Below are positions 19,258 to 27,948 of a stretch of 64,000 nt of DNA, piece after piece. Numbering within the stretch: the first letter of the stretch is position 1; each line of letters begins with the position of its first letter. This DNA comes from a virus, in the IMG/VR virus record IMGVR_UViG_3300017763_000005, positions 1-64,000 of that record; one strand, given 5' to 3'. The notes under the pieces were generated by a model. It made no database searches. It saw only the letters and a program-made list of their open reading frames with translations, and was not told the DNA's origin. The position numbers and the translations under genes were made by a program.

Positions 19258-19930
19258 TATCTACATCAAGTGTGATAATACCTTTACAAGCTGAAACGCC
19301 AGTAGGACATGTACCAGATAATTGGTTAATGTCTACATCGGCTCCAGAACCGTCAAGAGTAAAATTAATCTCTTGATAGAATCCATCTTTTTGTAAAGTA
19401 TTAATATTATTTGTACTACCAGTAATGTCAAAATTCCAAGTGACATCATCGGTTTCTACATCAACATCAAATACATTTGAACTACCTAACACTGTTAAGT
19501 CAAAGTCTAATCTTTCTGCACTAGCTAAAGAACCTTGATCCAAATCCATTGTATTTGAATCTCCAGTAATATCAACCAGAAAATTTGAACTATCTGATGA
19601 ACCAGATTGTCCTATCATCCAGTCCCAAACATTACTATCGCCATTCCACTCTAAAGTGTATGATGATGAGTCTGCTGTGACCTTACCAAAGAGTAAGTTC
19701 TCGTTACCTAACTGATCAATATTGAAAGTTAATGAAGAACCAGTAATTGGAGAAGCAGACGAAGATGAACTAAAATTATCTAGTCCAATCTTGTTACCAT
19801 ATCCTACTTGGTCAATATACAAAGTTAATGTATCACCAACTTGTGTAATATTAATTTCATTATCATCAGATGCTTGTGCAAAAGTCAAAGAACTGAAAAA
19901 TAAGCTTAGGCCTAATATATATTTTATCAT
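19205..19930 (-). CDS. Secreted curlin-repeat / beta-solenoid protein
   Basis: Signal peptide (..LTFA), repeats IDQVGYGN, IDQLGNEN, ITGDSN, VLGSSN. Confidence 0.78.
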   Translation of the reverse strand: MIKYILGLSLFFSSLTFAQASDDNEINITQVGDTLTLYIDQVGYGNKIGLDNFSSSSSASPITGSSLTFNIDQLGNENLLFGKVTADSSSYTLEWNGDSNVWDWMIGQSGSSDSSNFLVDITGDSNTMDLDQGSLASAERLDFDLTVLGSSNVFDVDVETDDVTWNFDITGSTNNINTLQKDGFYQEINFTLDGSGADVDINQLSGTCPTGVSACKGIITLDVDSENATIQINQKDTANDS

Positions 19931-20850
19931 TTTTCTTTTCCTTTTATAACCCAAAAACCTCTATCATGTCCTTGGTTGATTAATTCTAGTACTCCTGCTT
20001 CAATAGCTGAACGTACTGCATATGTCACTGACTCATTTTTACCCACTCCGTCCTCATACTCTATTAATTGCGTACCTTGTTCTATAAACCTAAATACGTC
20101 TCCTCCACTTCCGTAAGATAGGATAGTCTTCTTACTTTGGACGTTTAATAAAACCTCTCCAGTCAGAACTGAAACAGCTCTTATAGAGATTGTGACAACA
20201 TCTTTACGATATTGTCTACTTGCACCTATACCTAGAGTCCGTGCGCCTCGTCCACCAGATAAGATGTTAGTATCGTAACCAATAATACCGCCTTCTATAA
20301 TCATTCCAGCAAATAACATTGGTTGTATTCCTTGTGCTTCGTCTTCTCCCTTAGCTTTTGCTAAGTCTTGTCTAGCACTTCGTATAATTTGTCTTTCTCG
20401 TACAAGGTGATCTAATCCTTGTCGCTCTACCACTCGGAACCAAGTTCCTCCACCTGCACTCTTTAATGCATCAATTAACATAGCATCAGCACCTTGTGTT
20501 ACTGCAGTACTAAATGAAGCTATACCATCTAAAGCTTTTCTTTGTCCTGTTAGGTCTTGGAATTTATAAACTGCTACAACTGGTTTTTTATCAGCTGGTG
20601 GTATATCTAATAATTGAAAGTATGACGGCATATTAACAATTTCAGGTACATCAACACAGATGTATGGCATTGCTTTTTTAAATACTCTACCGCTTGCTTT
20701 TACCCATTCAACTACATTATGATTATATTGATCACCCCACATATCTGGATTACAGATAGTCGGATCTTCTGTGTATCTTGGTATTTGAGCACAGCTAGAG
20801 AGTAATATAATGACTGCTAAACTAGCCGCCGTCAGGTGGTGTCGTACCAT
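19927..20850 (-). CDS. csgG: Curli secretion channel lipoprotein CsgG
   Basis: Lipobox LSSC; VAVYKFQDLTGQRK, FSTAVTQG, WFRVVERQGLDHLVRERQIIR, EGGIIGYD. Confidence 0.95.
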   Translation of the reverse strand: MVRHHLTAASLAVIILLSSCAQIPRYTEDPTICNPDMWGDQYNHNVVEWVKASGRVFKKAMPYICVDVPEIVNMPSYFQLLDIPPADKKPVVAVYKFQDLTGQRKALDGIASFSTAVTQGADAMLIDALKSAGGGTWFRVVERQGLDHLVRERQIIRSARQDLAKAKGEDEAQGIQPMLFAGMIIEGGIIGYDTNILSGGRGARTLGIGASRQYRKDVVTISIRAVSVLTGEVLLNVQSKKTILSYGSGGDVFRFIEQGTQLIEYEDGVGKNESVTYAVRSAIEAGVLELINQGHDRGFWVIKGKEK

Positions 20851-21391
20851 AGTCGCTCCCGAAATATCCACTGCCGATTGGGATTTCAATTATTGTTTCC
20901 GTACCGTCGGTATCTACTATAGTCATTTTAATAAATTCTGAACCATCTGCATTGGTTATCACTTCATATGTTACTGTTGAACCTTCTAATACAAATGATC
21001 CAAACCTTACGGCATTATCATTTTGAAACATACTTTCTACAAGTTGTTTCGACATTTGAGCATATATTCTTGATTCTAAGTTACGAATGAATTTTGCTAA
21101 TGTCGTATTATCGGCTTCTCTTTGTGCTGCTTTTTCTGCTGCAGCTAATGCTTCTTCTATTGATTTCTTACGAGAGAACTCTTGATTTTCTACTGTAAGA
21201 TAATGAGATGCTGTACCTTGTCCACTAAAGGAAGGATTTTTAAACTTATGTACAATTTCTGTGGCGTTAGCAGGAGCAACAGCCATAATAGATACTATAA
21301 AGAGACTAACTAAAGTAAATACTTCAGCTTGTTCCCTTATCTTCTTTATTTTTCTTTCTTTCATTCTCTCTGTATTCCAATACCACGTCAA
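20822..21391 (-). CDS. csgF: Curli assembly protein CsgF
   Basis: Mature N-terminus TEIVHKFKNPSFSG matches the CsgF F.NP.F.G motif; adjacent to csgG. Confidence 0.88.
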   Translation of the reverse strand: MTWYWNTERMKERKIKKIREQAEVFTLVSLFIVSIMAVAPANATEIVHKFKNPSFSGQGTASHYLTVENQEFSRKKSIEEALAAAEKAAQREADNTTLAKFIRNLESRIYAQMSKQLVESMFQNDNAVRFGSFVLEGSTVTYEVITNADGSEFIKMTIVDTDGTETIIEIPIGSGYFGSDYGTTPPDGG

Positions 21392-21590
21392 CCTTTTGCT
21401 GGAGACGAATTAAGTCTTGATCGAGCATTCTCATCTGATCAATAACTCTTATTAATTGGAAATGCATTTTTTCAGTAGCTGGATCTAAATGCTCACTTAT
21501 AAAATTCCATACAAAGTAAACAAAATATCCTAATCCTACAACCATCACGGTGGGAAAGCCATAGTTGGCTATTAAATCAGCAATTTCCAT
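21324..21590 (-). CDS. Single-TM coiled-coil protein (holin-like)
   Basis: LIANYGFP + TM + coiled coil. Confidence 0.6.
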   Translation of the reverse strand: MEIADLIANYGFPTVMVVGLGYFVYFVWNFISEHLDPATEKMHFQLIRVIDQMRMLDQDLIRLQQKVDVVLEYRENERKKNKEDKGTS

Positions 21591-21593
21591 ATT

Positions 21594-21890
21594 CTAGTCT
21601 CTTCTTACGTCAAGCTTACCATCTTCGACAAAATTCTCAGCGCGAGCTATTCGGCCGATGTCAGGTCTTAATTCTAATGCGCTACTTACGAGTAAGTCAA
21701 TCTTGACCATTTCATTACTCATTGTTCTTGCTCTGTTCTCTAAACTTTCGCAAAAAATAGTTAGCGTCTTTATATTATCAACAACACCTTCAAGTATTTG
21801 TTTGATAATAGTAAATATGAAAAATCCCATTACTAATGCTCCTGCTATAGGTAATCCTACATCGGAGATAAGCTGGAAAATATCTTCCAT
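21594..21890 (-). CDS. Single-TM coiled-coil protein (holin-like), similar to its neighbour
   Basis: LISDVGLP + TM + coiled coil. Confidence 0.6.
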   Translation of the reverse strand: MEDIFQLISDVGLPIAGALVMGFFIFTIIKQILEGVVDNIKTLTIFCESLENRARTMSNEMVKIDLLVSSALELRPDIGRIARAENFVEDGKLDVRRD

Positions 21891-21891
21891 A

Positions 21892-22146
21892 TTAGTTAGT
21901 GTACGCTACTCCTACTGCGAGAGAAGTTGCAACACCTGTTAATGTATCTGTTGAAGCTTTTTCTATATAAGCTACTTCACCAGCTGCTAAAGTTACTGTA
22001 CCTAAAGTAGTACCACCTGCATTTTTCCAAGTAATTGCTTGAACTGATGTTTTATTATTCAATACTCTTACTACTTTCGCAAATCCTACATTAGATGCAG
22101 AAGATAAATTGCCCTCTGATCCCAATAGTTTAATTGTACTTGCCAT
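21892..22146 (-). CDS. Small beta-rich late protein
   Basis: GAGG RBS; first gene after a late promoter. Confidence 0.65.
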   Translation of the reverse strand: MASTIKLLGSEGNLSSASNVGFAKVVRVLNNKTSVQAITWKNAGGTTLGTVTLAAGEVAYIEKASTDTLTGVATSLAVGVAYTN

Positions 22147-22178
22147 GTTTTTTCCTCATTAAAAAATTCTAACAATGT

Positions 22179-22186
22179 TATTTATA
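22179..22186 (-). promoter_or_regulatory. T4-type late promoter heading the curli/cyclase module
   Basis: TATAAATA on - strand just downstream of a terminator. Confidence 0.75.
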
Positions 22187-22207
22187 ATAGCTGGAATGCC
22201 AAGACAT

Positions 22208-22236
22208 AAAAAAAGGGACCTAAAAAGATCCCTTTA
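22208..22236 (-). terminator. Intrinsic terminator
   Basis: AAAGGGA..TCCCTTT hairpin with U-tract on - strand. Confidence 0.75.
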
Positions 22237-22238
22237 AT

Positions 22239-22397
22239 TTATTGTTCGCACTCTTCCGGATATTGCGTACAGTAGCGTTTCACAATTTTAATGATAACTG
22301 TTATATCATTAGTTGCTTCTCCAACTACTACTCTCTCTTTTTCAATATCCTTTTTTTGTTTAGGATATTGTGGAAAGAGAGACCAAGCTACTTTCCC
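22239..22397 (-). other. Predicted -1 programmed ribosomal frameshift cassette and 50-codon extension frame
   Basis: G_GGA_AAG slippery heptamer (22397-22391), 8-nt spacer, 9+9 bp hairpin (22382-22332), open -1 frame ending at TAA 22239. Confidence 0.75.
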
Positions 22398-22705
22398 TCA
22401 GGTTGAGGAGTTTGTAGTTTGTCAGTTTCTTCGTCGATTTTGGCAGCTGCTTTTTGAACAACTCCAGTACCAGTATTGACTGCAGTTTTACCTACATCAA
22501 CAGCTGTTTCAACAACGAATTCACCAGTGGATACTACATCCGAAGCTACAGCTGAAACAACTGTTGAAGTACCTTTTACAGCACCGTCAACAACTCCAGT
22601 TGTAAACTCCTTTGTTCCTTCTACGACGCTTCCAATTGAAGCACAATTCGTAATAAGAACTAATCCGGCGAACAGAGTAAATAAATTTTTCATTTTATTC
22701 TCCAT
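22388..22705 (-). CDS. Lipoprotein with amphipathic Val/Thr/Gly/Ala repeats
   Basis: MKNLFTLFAGLVLITNC lipoprotein signal; late promoter at 22753-22760. Confidence 0.75.
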   Translation of the reverse strand: MENKMKNLFTLFAGLVLITNCASIGSVVEGTKEFTTGVVDGAVKGTSTVVSAVASDVVSTGEFVVETAVDVGKTAVNTGTGVVQKAAAKIDEETDKLQTPQPEGK

Positions 22706-22751
22706 TGCTTTAATTATAATAGTAGACCAACTGTCATACTATCTCCAATTA

Positions 22752-23003
22752 TTATTTATACAAGTACATGTCCTGTTCATCTAATGACTTAGCCATTATT
22801 ATTACTGATAACAGATCTTGTTCTCTTGCTATCTCTTCTAGTAAACACTTCGCAACTATACATTTAAATATAACAGCTGCAATTAATATTGTACCAAATA
22901 AAAGATAGAAAGCGTAAAAATAATAAGACAGAATAATCGCATGTAAACCCACAATAAGGCCTACATGCAATTTAATTGTGTGTGTATATTTACTTAGAAT
23001 CAT
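22752..23003 (-). CDS. Small membrane protein
   Basis: ORF track; hydrophobic. Confidence 0.45.
   Translation of the reverse strand: MILSKYTHTIKLHVGLIVGLHAIILSYYFYAFYLLFGTILIAAVIFKCIVAKCLLEEIAREQDLLSVIIMAKSLDEQDMYLYK
22753..22760 (-). promoter_or_regulatory. T4-type late promoter
   Basis: TATAAATA on - strand. Confidence 0.65.
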
Positions 23004-23175
23004 TCTTATGTTTTAAGAATTGTTCTATAAAATCATTTGAATGCCAATAGGAATCCAAACCAATATCAATCATTAATGCTATTAAAACAAAAGTAAGTAT
23101 GATTGACAGATACACGTTGATTGCGGCTGATATCTTCAGCCATTTGATCATATGTTTCATAATCTAAAGTGCAAC

Positions 23176-23484
23176 TTATTTAGCTGCTGTTTTTCTGGTT
23201 CTGCGTTTAGCTGGAGCTTTCTTTGCTACTGTTTTCTTAGCCGGTGCTTTTTTAGCAGCTGGCTTCTTAGCAGCAGGTTTTCTTTTAGCTGGAGCTTTTT
23301 TCTTAGATGGTGTTTTACCATCTTTATAAGCTTCATTCCTGTGCTTTGTAGCAGGATCGTCTTTTACATAACGACCCTTATCATTTCTTGCTCTAACTCC
23401 TGACGCAGGTTTGTTGGAATCATAAACAGCATATATTCCTGCTGCTAATAGAATTCCACCAATCACTATGAATGCTATATCCAT
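23176..23484 (-). CDS. Membrane-anchored protein with histone H1-like KKAPAK tail
   Basis: N-terminal TM, RARNDKGRY..DDP.T..NEAY motif, PAKK repeats; GGAGG RBS. Confidence 0.75.
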   Translation of the reverse strand: MDIAFIVIGGILLAAGIYAVYDSNKPASGVRARNDKGRYVKDDPATKHRNEAYKDGKTPSKKKAPAKRKPAAKKPAAKKAPAKKTVAKKAPAKRRTRKTAAK

Positions 23485-23588
23485 AATATAATCCTCCTAG
23501 TCTTTATAGTTATAATTTCTGAACTCTTCCCATTTGAAATAGTTCTTTCTCTCATGACACCAAAAATTCCCTTTATGTTTCGGTTGTT

Positions 23589-24050
23589 TTAGATCTCCTC
23601 GAGTCTCTTCATTAGCCTTTCGGCTCGGTTTGTCACTTGACTGTACCATCTTGAATCTCTGCCTTCTTTGGCAGCCTCCGTCCAATCACCACTTTGCAGC
23701 GCTGCATTGTGGTTCTTAAATTTGCTCAAGCGCGTGAGTCCCATATTAAACATCATGTTTGCTACGATTTGTTTCACTTCTTGTGGATAACCGTCCCAAC
23801 CATCATGTAGTTTTTTACAATCATCGATCACTGATTGTACGTCTTTTTCAAAACATTCGTTTACACGATCTTCTGAAACTTCAGTGCCAACGTCCTGACC
23901 GAATTCCTTGTCCTCTTTTATAACTAGATGTCCTATTCCAAATGTAGGATAGCCAAGATGATCTTTGTATATTTTATATACTACACCTTCATCTACTTTT
24001 AGTGTTTCTTTTAATTGTTCTATGTCAATGTCTTTGCTATTCCAAAACAT
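23589..24050 (-). CDS. e: Phage lysozyme (GH24, T4 e-like endolysin)
   Basis: DEG..KIYKDHLGYPTFGIGHL (E-D-T triad), NMMFNMG, DSRWYSQVTNRAERL. Confidence 0.93.
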   Translation of the reverse strand: MFWNSKDIDIEQLKETLKVDEGVVYKIYKDHLGYPTFGIGHLVIKEDKEFGQDVGTEVSEDRVNECFEKDVQSVIDDCKKLHDGWDGYPQEVKQIVANMMFNMGLTRLSKFKNHNAALQSGDWTEAAKEGRDSRWYSQVTNRAERLMKRLEEI

Positions 24051-24063
24051 AATGCTCTCCTAT

Positions 24064-24783
24064 TTATTGTCCACCTTCACCAGCACCTTCGAGTTCAACC
24101 TCTAATGTGAAGTTATATGTATATGTAGTTTCTCCAGATTTTTCAAAAATAAGACTTACAGTTAAGACTGAATTATTCGTTCCTGCATCGTCATAACTGC
24201 TCCCAGATTCAAATGATGGTTGCCAATCTGTAAAGAAGGTTGAAGTTGGAATAGACACTGCTGAACCATTTGGTTGTATATTTGAACTAGTCCAAGCATA
24301 AGGCCCATCTCCTGTTTCAGTATGTGAGTCTCTTACAGTATATCCAGAAGCTGGGTTTACAATTTGATAAACAAGTGTGCCTGAGTTTGGACTTGCATTT
24401 TCACTGTCAGGATACCATTTAACATTAATATTGCCACTTAAATATTGTATTCTAAGTTGTGGGTGTACTACAATGTTAGTATCCTGTGAATATTCGTTTT
24501 CGTCTAAAGTGCTATCATATGTTGTAGCTAATGTTTGAACATATCCACGAAATTCTGACATTCTATGAGGAGCGGTCTGATCTGGTGAACTTCCTGCTAC
24601 TGCAATATCTGTATTAGCTCCACCTGTGTATTGAAAATCATTTACACCATCAACAGATAATCCTCTTAATGATACATTTTGAACTGCAGATGGAGTACCA
24701 GTGTCAGTGCCTGCTTTGACTTGAGCGATACTATTGGTTCCGGTGCCACCCATTTTTATCGGTCCTGAATTTGGTATTGCCAT
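24064..24783 (-). CDS. Probable virion/tail-fibre-associated protein
   Basis: MAIPNSGPI start, APHRMSEFRGY, Ser/Thr/Gly-rich; downstream of a late promoter. Confidence 0.55.
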   Translation of the reverse strand: MAIPNSGPIKMGGTGTNSIAQVKAGTDTGTPSAVQNVSLRGLSVDGVNDFQYTGGANTDIAVAGSSPDQTAPHRMSEFRGYVQTLATTYDSTLDENEYSQDTNIVVHPQLRIQYLSGNINVKWYPDSENASPNSGTLVYQIVNPASGYTVRDSHTETGDGPYAWTSSNIQPNGSAVSIPTSTFFTDWQPSFESGSSYDDAGTNNSVLTVSLIFEKSGETTYTYNFTLEVELEGAGEGGQ

Positions 24784-25049
24784 TATTTAATTATCCCTGC
24801 TATTAAATCTTCAAAGGCTTCTACTTTTTCTGTTCTCTTTGGCCAATAGATATAATCTTTTTCTGGATTTGCTTTTAAATTACTTAAAAGTGGTAATATA
24901 GCATTATATAATTTGTTTAACTTTTCTTCAACTTCATCAGCTTTTGCTGATGTTGTTTCTAATTTAGTTGTGGTCTTCTGTACCGCTTCAAGCTCATCTT
25001 CGTCTACAGCGGTAAAACCGAAATCAAATTGATCTATGTCTATACTCAT
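24783..25049 (-). CDS. Conserved T4-like hypothetical protein
   Basis: FDFGFTAVDEDEL, PLLSNLKANPEKDYIYWPKR. Confidence 0.75.
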   Translation of the reverse strand: MSIDIDQFDFGFTAVDEDELEAVQKTTTKLETTSAKADEVEEKLNKLYNAILPLLSNLKANPEKDYIYWPKRTEKVEAFEDLIAGIIK

Positions 25050-25261
25050 ATTTGTTCCTCGTTATTATATTTATACCTTCTCGGTATGACTTTTGTCTTA
25101 TCTTTATGTATTTGTGTAGAAGCATGATTAGGTGTTTCTTTACGCACAGCAATTTCTGGTTTCTTTTTACCAAAGATTTTATCCCAGTTATCAGCATAAG
25201 CTTGATGTCCATCTGTCTTAGATCTAATCAAGTCACCTGTAATGTCATTTTTATTTTTCAT
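25046..25261 (-). CDS. Hypothetical protein
   Basis: KNDITGD.I.SK...YADNWDKIF pattern. Confidence 0.65.
   Translation of the reverse strand: MKNKNDITGDLIRSKTDGHQAYADNWDKIFGKKKPEIAVRKETPNHASTQIHKDKTKVIPRRYKYNNEEQI
25068..25075 (-). promoter_or_regulatory. T4-type late promoter upstream of the lysozyme gene group
   Basis: TATAAATA on - strand. Confidence 0.6.
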
Positions 25262-25474
25262 CTTGTTTTATTACCTTATTACAAACCATACATCTTAATG
25301 GTATATCTAATAGTTTACACATTGCTTCATCTTTTTCTGATGCCACACAATATACATGTGGGTGAAACATTTCTGGTGGTAAAGGAAAGCCTACATGCTT
25401 ATCCATAATATAACCAGAATACTATTGCTCCAGTGATTAACACTGTTGCTAAAATCATACTTAGAATCTTTCTT

Positions 25475-25690
25475 CTAAACTGTTTCTTTTGTTTCTTCTT
25501 GTACTCTTCTATGTCCAGTACTTCTTTTATTCGGTCCATTTTCGACGACATAATATCCACCATTTTTAATATAATCTAATAATATCTTTCTAGATTTATC
25601 TCCATAATTCAATACATCATGATCATATGGTATATCCACTGAACAACTAATTCGTATCGTATTGGTTGGAATCTTACTTCCCTTGGCCAC
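25475..25690 (-). CDS. Hypothetical protein
   Basis: ORF track, co-oriented. Confidence 0.5.
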   Translation of the reverse strand: MAKGSKIPTNTIRISCSVDIPYDHDVLNYGDKSRKILLDYIKNGGYYVVENGPNKRSTGHRRVQEETKETV

Positions 25691-25807
25691 GATATTTTTT
25701 AAAACTTCTTTTTTTAGCTTTATTCATAGTAGCTCTTGATTTAGGATTTCTTCCTATTGAAGTACCTTTACGAATTGCAGTTATTCCACTTGTTCTTGGT
25801 TTAGCCA

Positions 25808-26002
25808 TTAGTTAAATACTACTCCACCACGTCTTACAAGTTCATTTTTTACCTTTTGCTTTACTTTAGGCTTAAGATTTCCTGTATTATATTTTTCGAT
25901 TAAATCTGTTTTAGAATGACATTTAATATAGTCATGTTCTACTTTTGTTTTTCCTGTTGCTCTATCACGAACAACTGCGCTCTTTGTTAATTTTATTGGC
26001 AT
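25808..26002 (-). CDS. Hypothetical basic protein
   Basis: ORF track; TAATG coupling. Confidence 0.6.
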   Translation of the reverse strand: MPIKLTKSAVVRDRATGKTKVEHDYIKCHSKTDLIEKYNTGNLKPKVKQKVKNELVRRGGVVFN

Positions 26003-26610
26003 TATGTTATCCTTTTAATACTTCCTTTTATATCTGCTAAGAATGCAAACATCTCAACAGTTGGAAATTCTTTTTTCAAATCAAGTAACGCTTGAAGATT
26101 CTCTTTATGGTCATCAAAGAGTCTTATTCTTGCATACTCACCAGTTTTTAAATACTTTCTAAATATAACTTTTTTATTTGATGCACTTGAAGGTCCTTTA
26201 ATATTACCAGCTCTTTCAACGTATACGTTTTTCATTGGTATACCATGTGATTCAAATGTCTTAATAAATAGATTTTTATCATCCATATTACTTCTTGCTG
26301 TAACTACAATAACCTTTGAACCTTTTTTAGTTGCATTCTTTATTATAGCTTTTGCCTTTTGTACCATACGGCCAATAGGTGTAGCTGTTTGATAAAAGAT
26401 TTTAGACGATTTAAATTCTCCAAAATCAAATTCTTCGTTCTTTCTTAACTTATAACTATTAAACTCCATAGGTGTTAACGGTTTAGTTTGTCCAGTATTT
26501 GTATTCTTTACTATTACACGAGCTTTTGATACAAACAAAGTATCATCAATATCAAATATTGTAAGACCTTTGCCTGCTCTTTCCGCTAAAAACTCGTTAA
26601 ACTTTTTCAT
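26002..26610 (-). CDS. HAD-superfamily phosphatase with internal-protein-like N-terminus
   Basis: IFDIDDTLF, VVTARS, K, LFDDHKEN; N-terminus MKKFNEFLAE. Confidence 0.8.
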   Translation of the reverse strand: MKKFNEFLAERAGKGLTIFDIDDTLFVSKARVIVKNTNTGQTKPLTPMEFNSYKLRKNEEFDFGEFKSSKIFYQTATPIGRMVQKAKAIIKNATKKGSKVIVVTARSNMDDKNLFIKTFESHGIPMKNVYVERAGNIKGPSSASNKKVIFRKYLKTGEYARIRLFDDHKENLQALLDLKKEFPTVEMFAFLADIKGSIKRIT

Positions 26611-26616
26611 AGATAT

Positions 26617-26658
26617 ATTATACCATACTTTTTAGTAAATGTAAATATCTATTTATAA
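26617..26658 (-). promoter_or_regulatory. Tandem late (TATAAATA) plus early (TTTACA-17-TATAAT) promoter, copy 1
   Basis: 41 of 42 nt identical to 46785-46826. Confidence 0.85.
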
Positions 26659-26665
26659 GTTTTTT

Positions 26666-26881
26666 TTATCTGCCGACGTGGCTATTAAGCATATCTAGTA
26701 TATCTTGATACTTTGCCGCTTCAAGCAATTCTTTCTCAATAGTTTCCATCATATCAGGATGCTCTGCTATTCCAGCATGACTTCCAATTAATATATCAAC
26801 ATTCATAATGTGTCTATCAATATTAGCCTTAGCTGATGTTTTAAGCGTTTCAATGATTCTTCCTTTATAGTTTGCTGCCAT
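26666..26881 (-). CDS. Conserved hypothetical protein
   Basis: GIAEHPDMMETIEKEL motif common in marine T4-like phages. Confidence 0.75.
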   Translation of the reverse strand: MAANYKGRIIETLKTSAKANIDRHIMNVDILIGSHAGIAEHPDMMETIEKELLEAAKYQDILDMLNSHVGR

Positions 26882-26883
26882 TT

Positions 26884-27558
26884 CTATCTCCCAAATAGTT
26901 TTCTTCTGCTGTATTCAGCACGCGTTTCAATTAATTTCTTTGTCCAATTATCTCTATCTTCTATAAAGACTTGTGGTCCTTCATCACCAGCAATACAAAC
27001 AACTAATTGTTTAATTGGTTGGCCAGTTCTTTCTTCCCACATAATTGCATATGCTGAACATTGCATAAAGTATGAACTAATCCATTCTTTCTTTTTCAGC
27101 TTACGAGATGTTTTCCAATCAATGATTGAATCTACACCTTTCCATTGACCAACGAGATCTACTCTTCCAGCTAAACCAAGATGTTTAGAGTAAAGAGGAG
27201 CTTCTTGTTGATAAACTTTTGTGACGCATTCGTCTAAAATTGGTTGTATATCTTTAAATGTTTGTACATTATGTGGCATTTCTCCTTTTATAAACTCAGG
27301 ATCATTTGCAATATATTTTTCTATTATGTTATGAACTGTTGTTCCTCGTGAGCTTGCTTGTCGAGATATACGATTAGCTTCTTCTTCGCCAACTCTTGCT
27401 CTCCAAGCTTGGATTGCTTCTTCAGAAAGTATTGAAAGTACTGTAGTAATTGATGGATATTTGTTTCCATCTGGATCTGTATATAGTCTACCTTTATCTG
27501 TAGTTTCCGCTATTAGATCAAAATAGCCAAGATCTACTGGTTCATGTATAAATTTCAT
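26884..27558 (-). CDS. PD-(D/E)xK exonuclease (Cas4/RecB-like)
   Basis: YPSITTVL, RGTTVH, E.PLYS, AGRVD, IIDWKTS, YFMQCSAYA. Confidence 0.88.
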   Translation of the reverse strand: MKFIHEPVDLGYFDLIAETTDKGRLYTDPDGNKYPSITTVLSILSEEAIQAWRARVGEEEANRISRQASSRGTTVHNIIEKYIANDPEFIKGEMPHNVQTFKDIQPILDECVTKVYQQEAPLYSKHLGLAGRVDLVGQWKGVDSIIDWKTSRKLKKKEWISSYFMQCSAYAIMWEERTGQPIKQLVVCIAGDEGPQVFIEDRDNWTKKLIETRAEYSRRKLFGR

Positions 27559-27720
27559 AAAAATAAATTAGTGACTCCCATAACACCTAGCATACCAAAG
27601 AACATAACGGCTTGTACTACTGACATAATCGCTACTTGTTTCATTGGATGTACATCTACAATTTTCTCTATCCAGTCTTCGTCTGGAGATAGATTAGCTA
27701 CTTGCAAAAGCTTTTCTTCT

Positions 27721-27948
27721 TTAGTCTTTTTCATTAAAGCTTATCTCCTGTTGCCAGTTTTTCTTGTTGGTCTCGTAGTTTTCTGATCCCTTTTGTACCA
27801 ATATAATTCTACCGCCATCCATATCAATCCTAATAGAATCAGTGATAATTCTCCCGCCATATCTGTCATAAAATATTCCTTCTATTTCTCCACTTTTATC
27901 TTCGCTTCGAAGACTTTTAACTAACTTTACTAATTCTTCTTTTCTCAT
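27721..27948 (-). CDS. Hypothetical protein
   Basis: ORF track. Confidence 0.55.
   Translation of the reverse strand: MRKEELVKLVKSLRSEDKSGEIEGIFYDRYGGRIITDSIRIDMDGGRIILVQKGSENYETNKKNWQQEISFNEKD

Noticed and set aside
19927-21391. CsgF/CsgG as substitute spanins
   Set aside because: A conventional i-spanin/o-spanin pair is present at 37226-38075, and curlin-like substrates are adjacent
14933-21391. Host DNA contamination or chimeric assembly in the bacterial-looking curli/cyclase/iscU region
   Set aside because: Similar base composition, tight gene coupling, T4 late promoter upstream and phage early promoter downstream
22328-22390. TAG read-through or alternative genetic code at the lipoprotein stop; hairpin as terminator
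   Set aside because: The 0 frame meets another TAG after 19 codons, TAG ends other genes normally, and the hairpin has no U-tract; the -1 frame explains the region better
26884-27558. CRISPR-Cas (cas4) locus
   Set aside because: Stand-alone phage exonuclease without Fe-S Cys cluster; no other cas genes or repeat-spacer array seen
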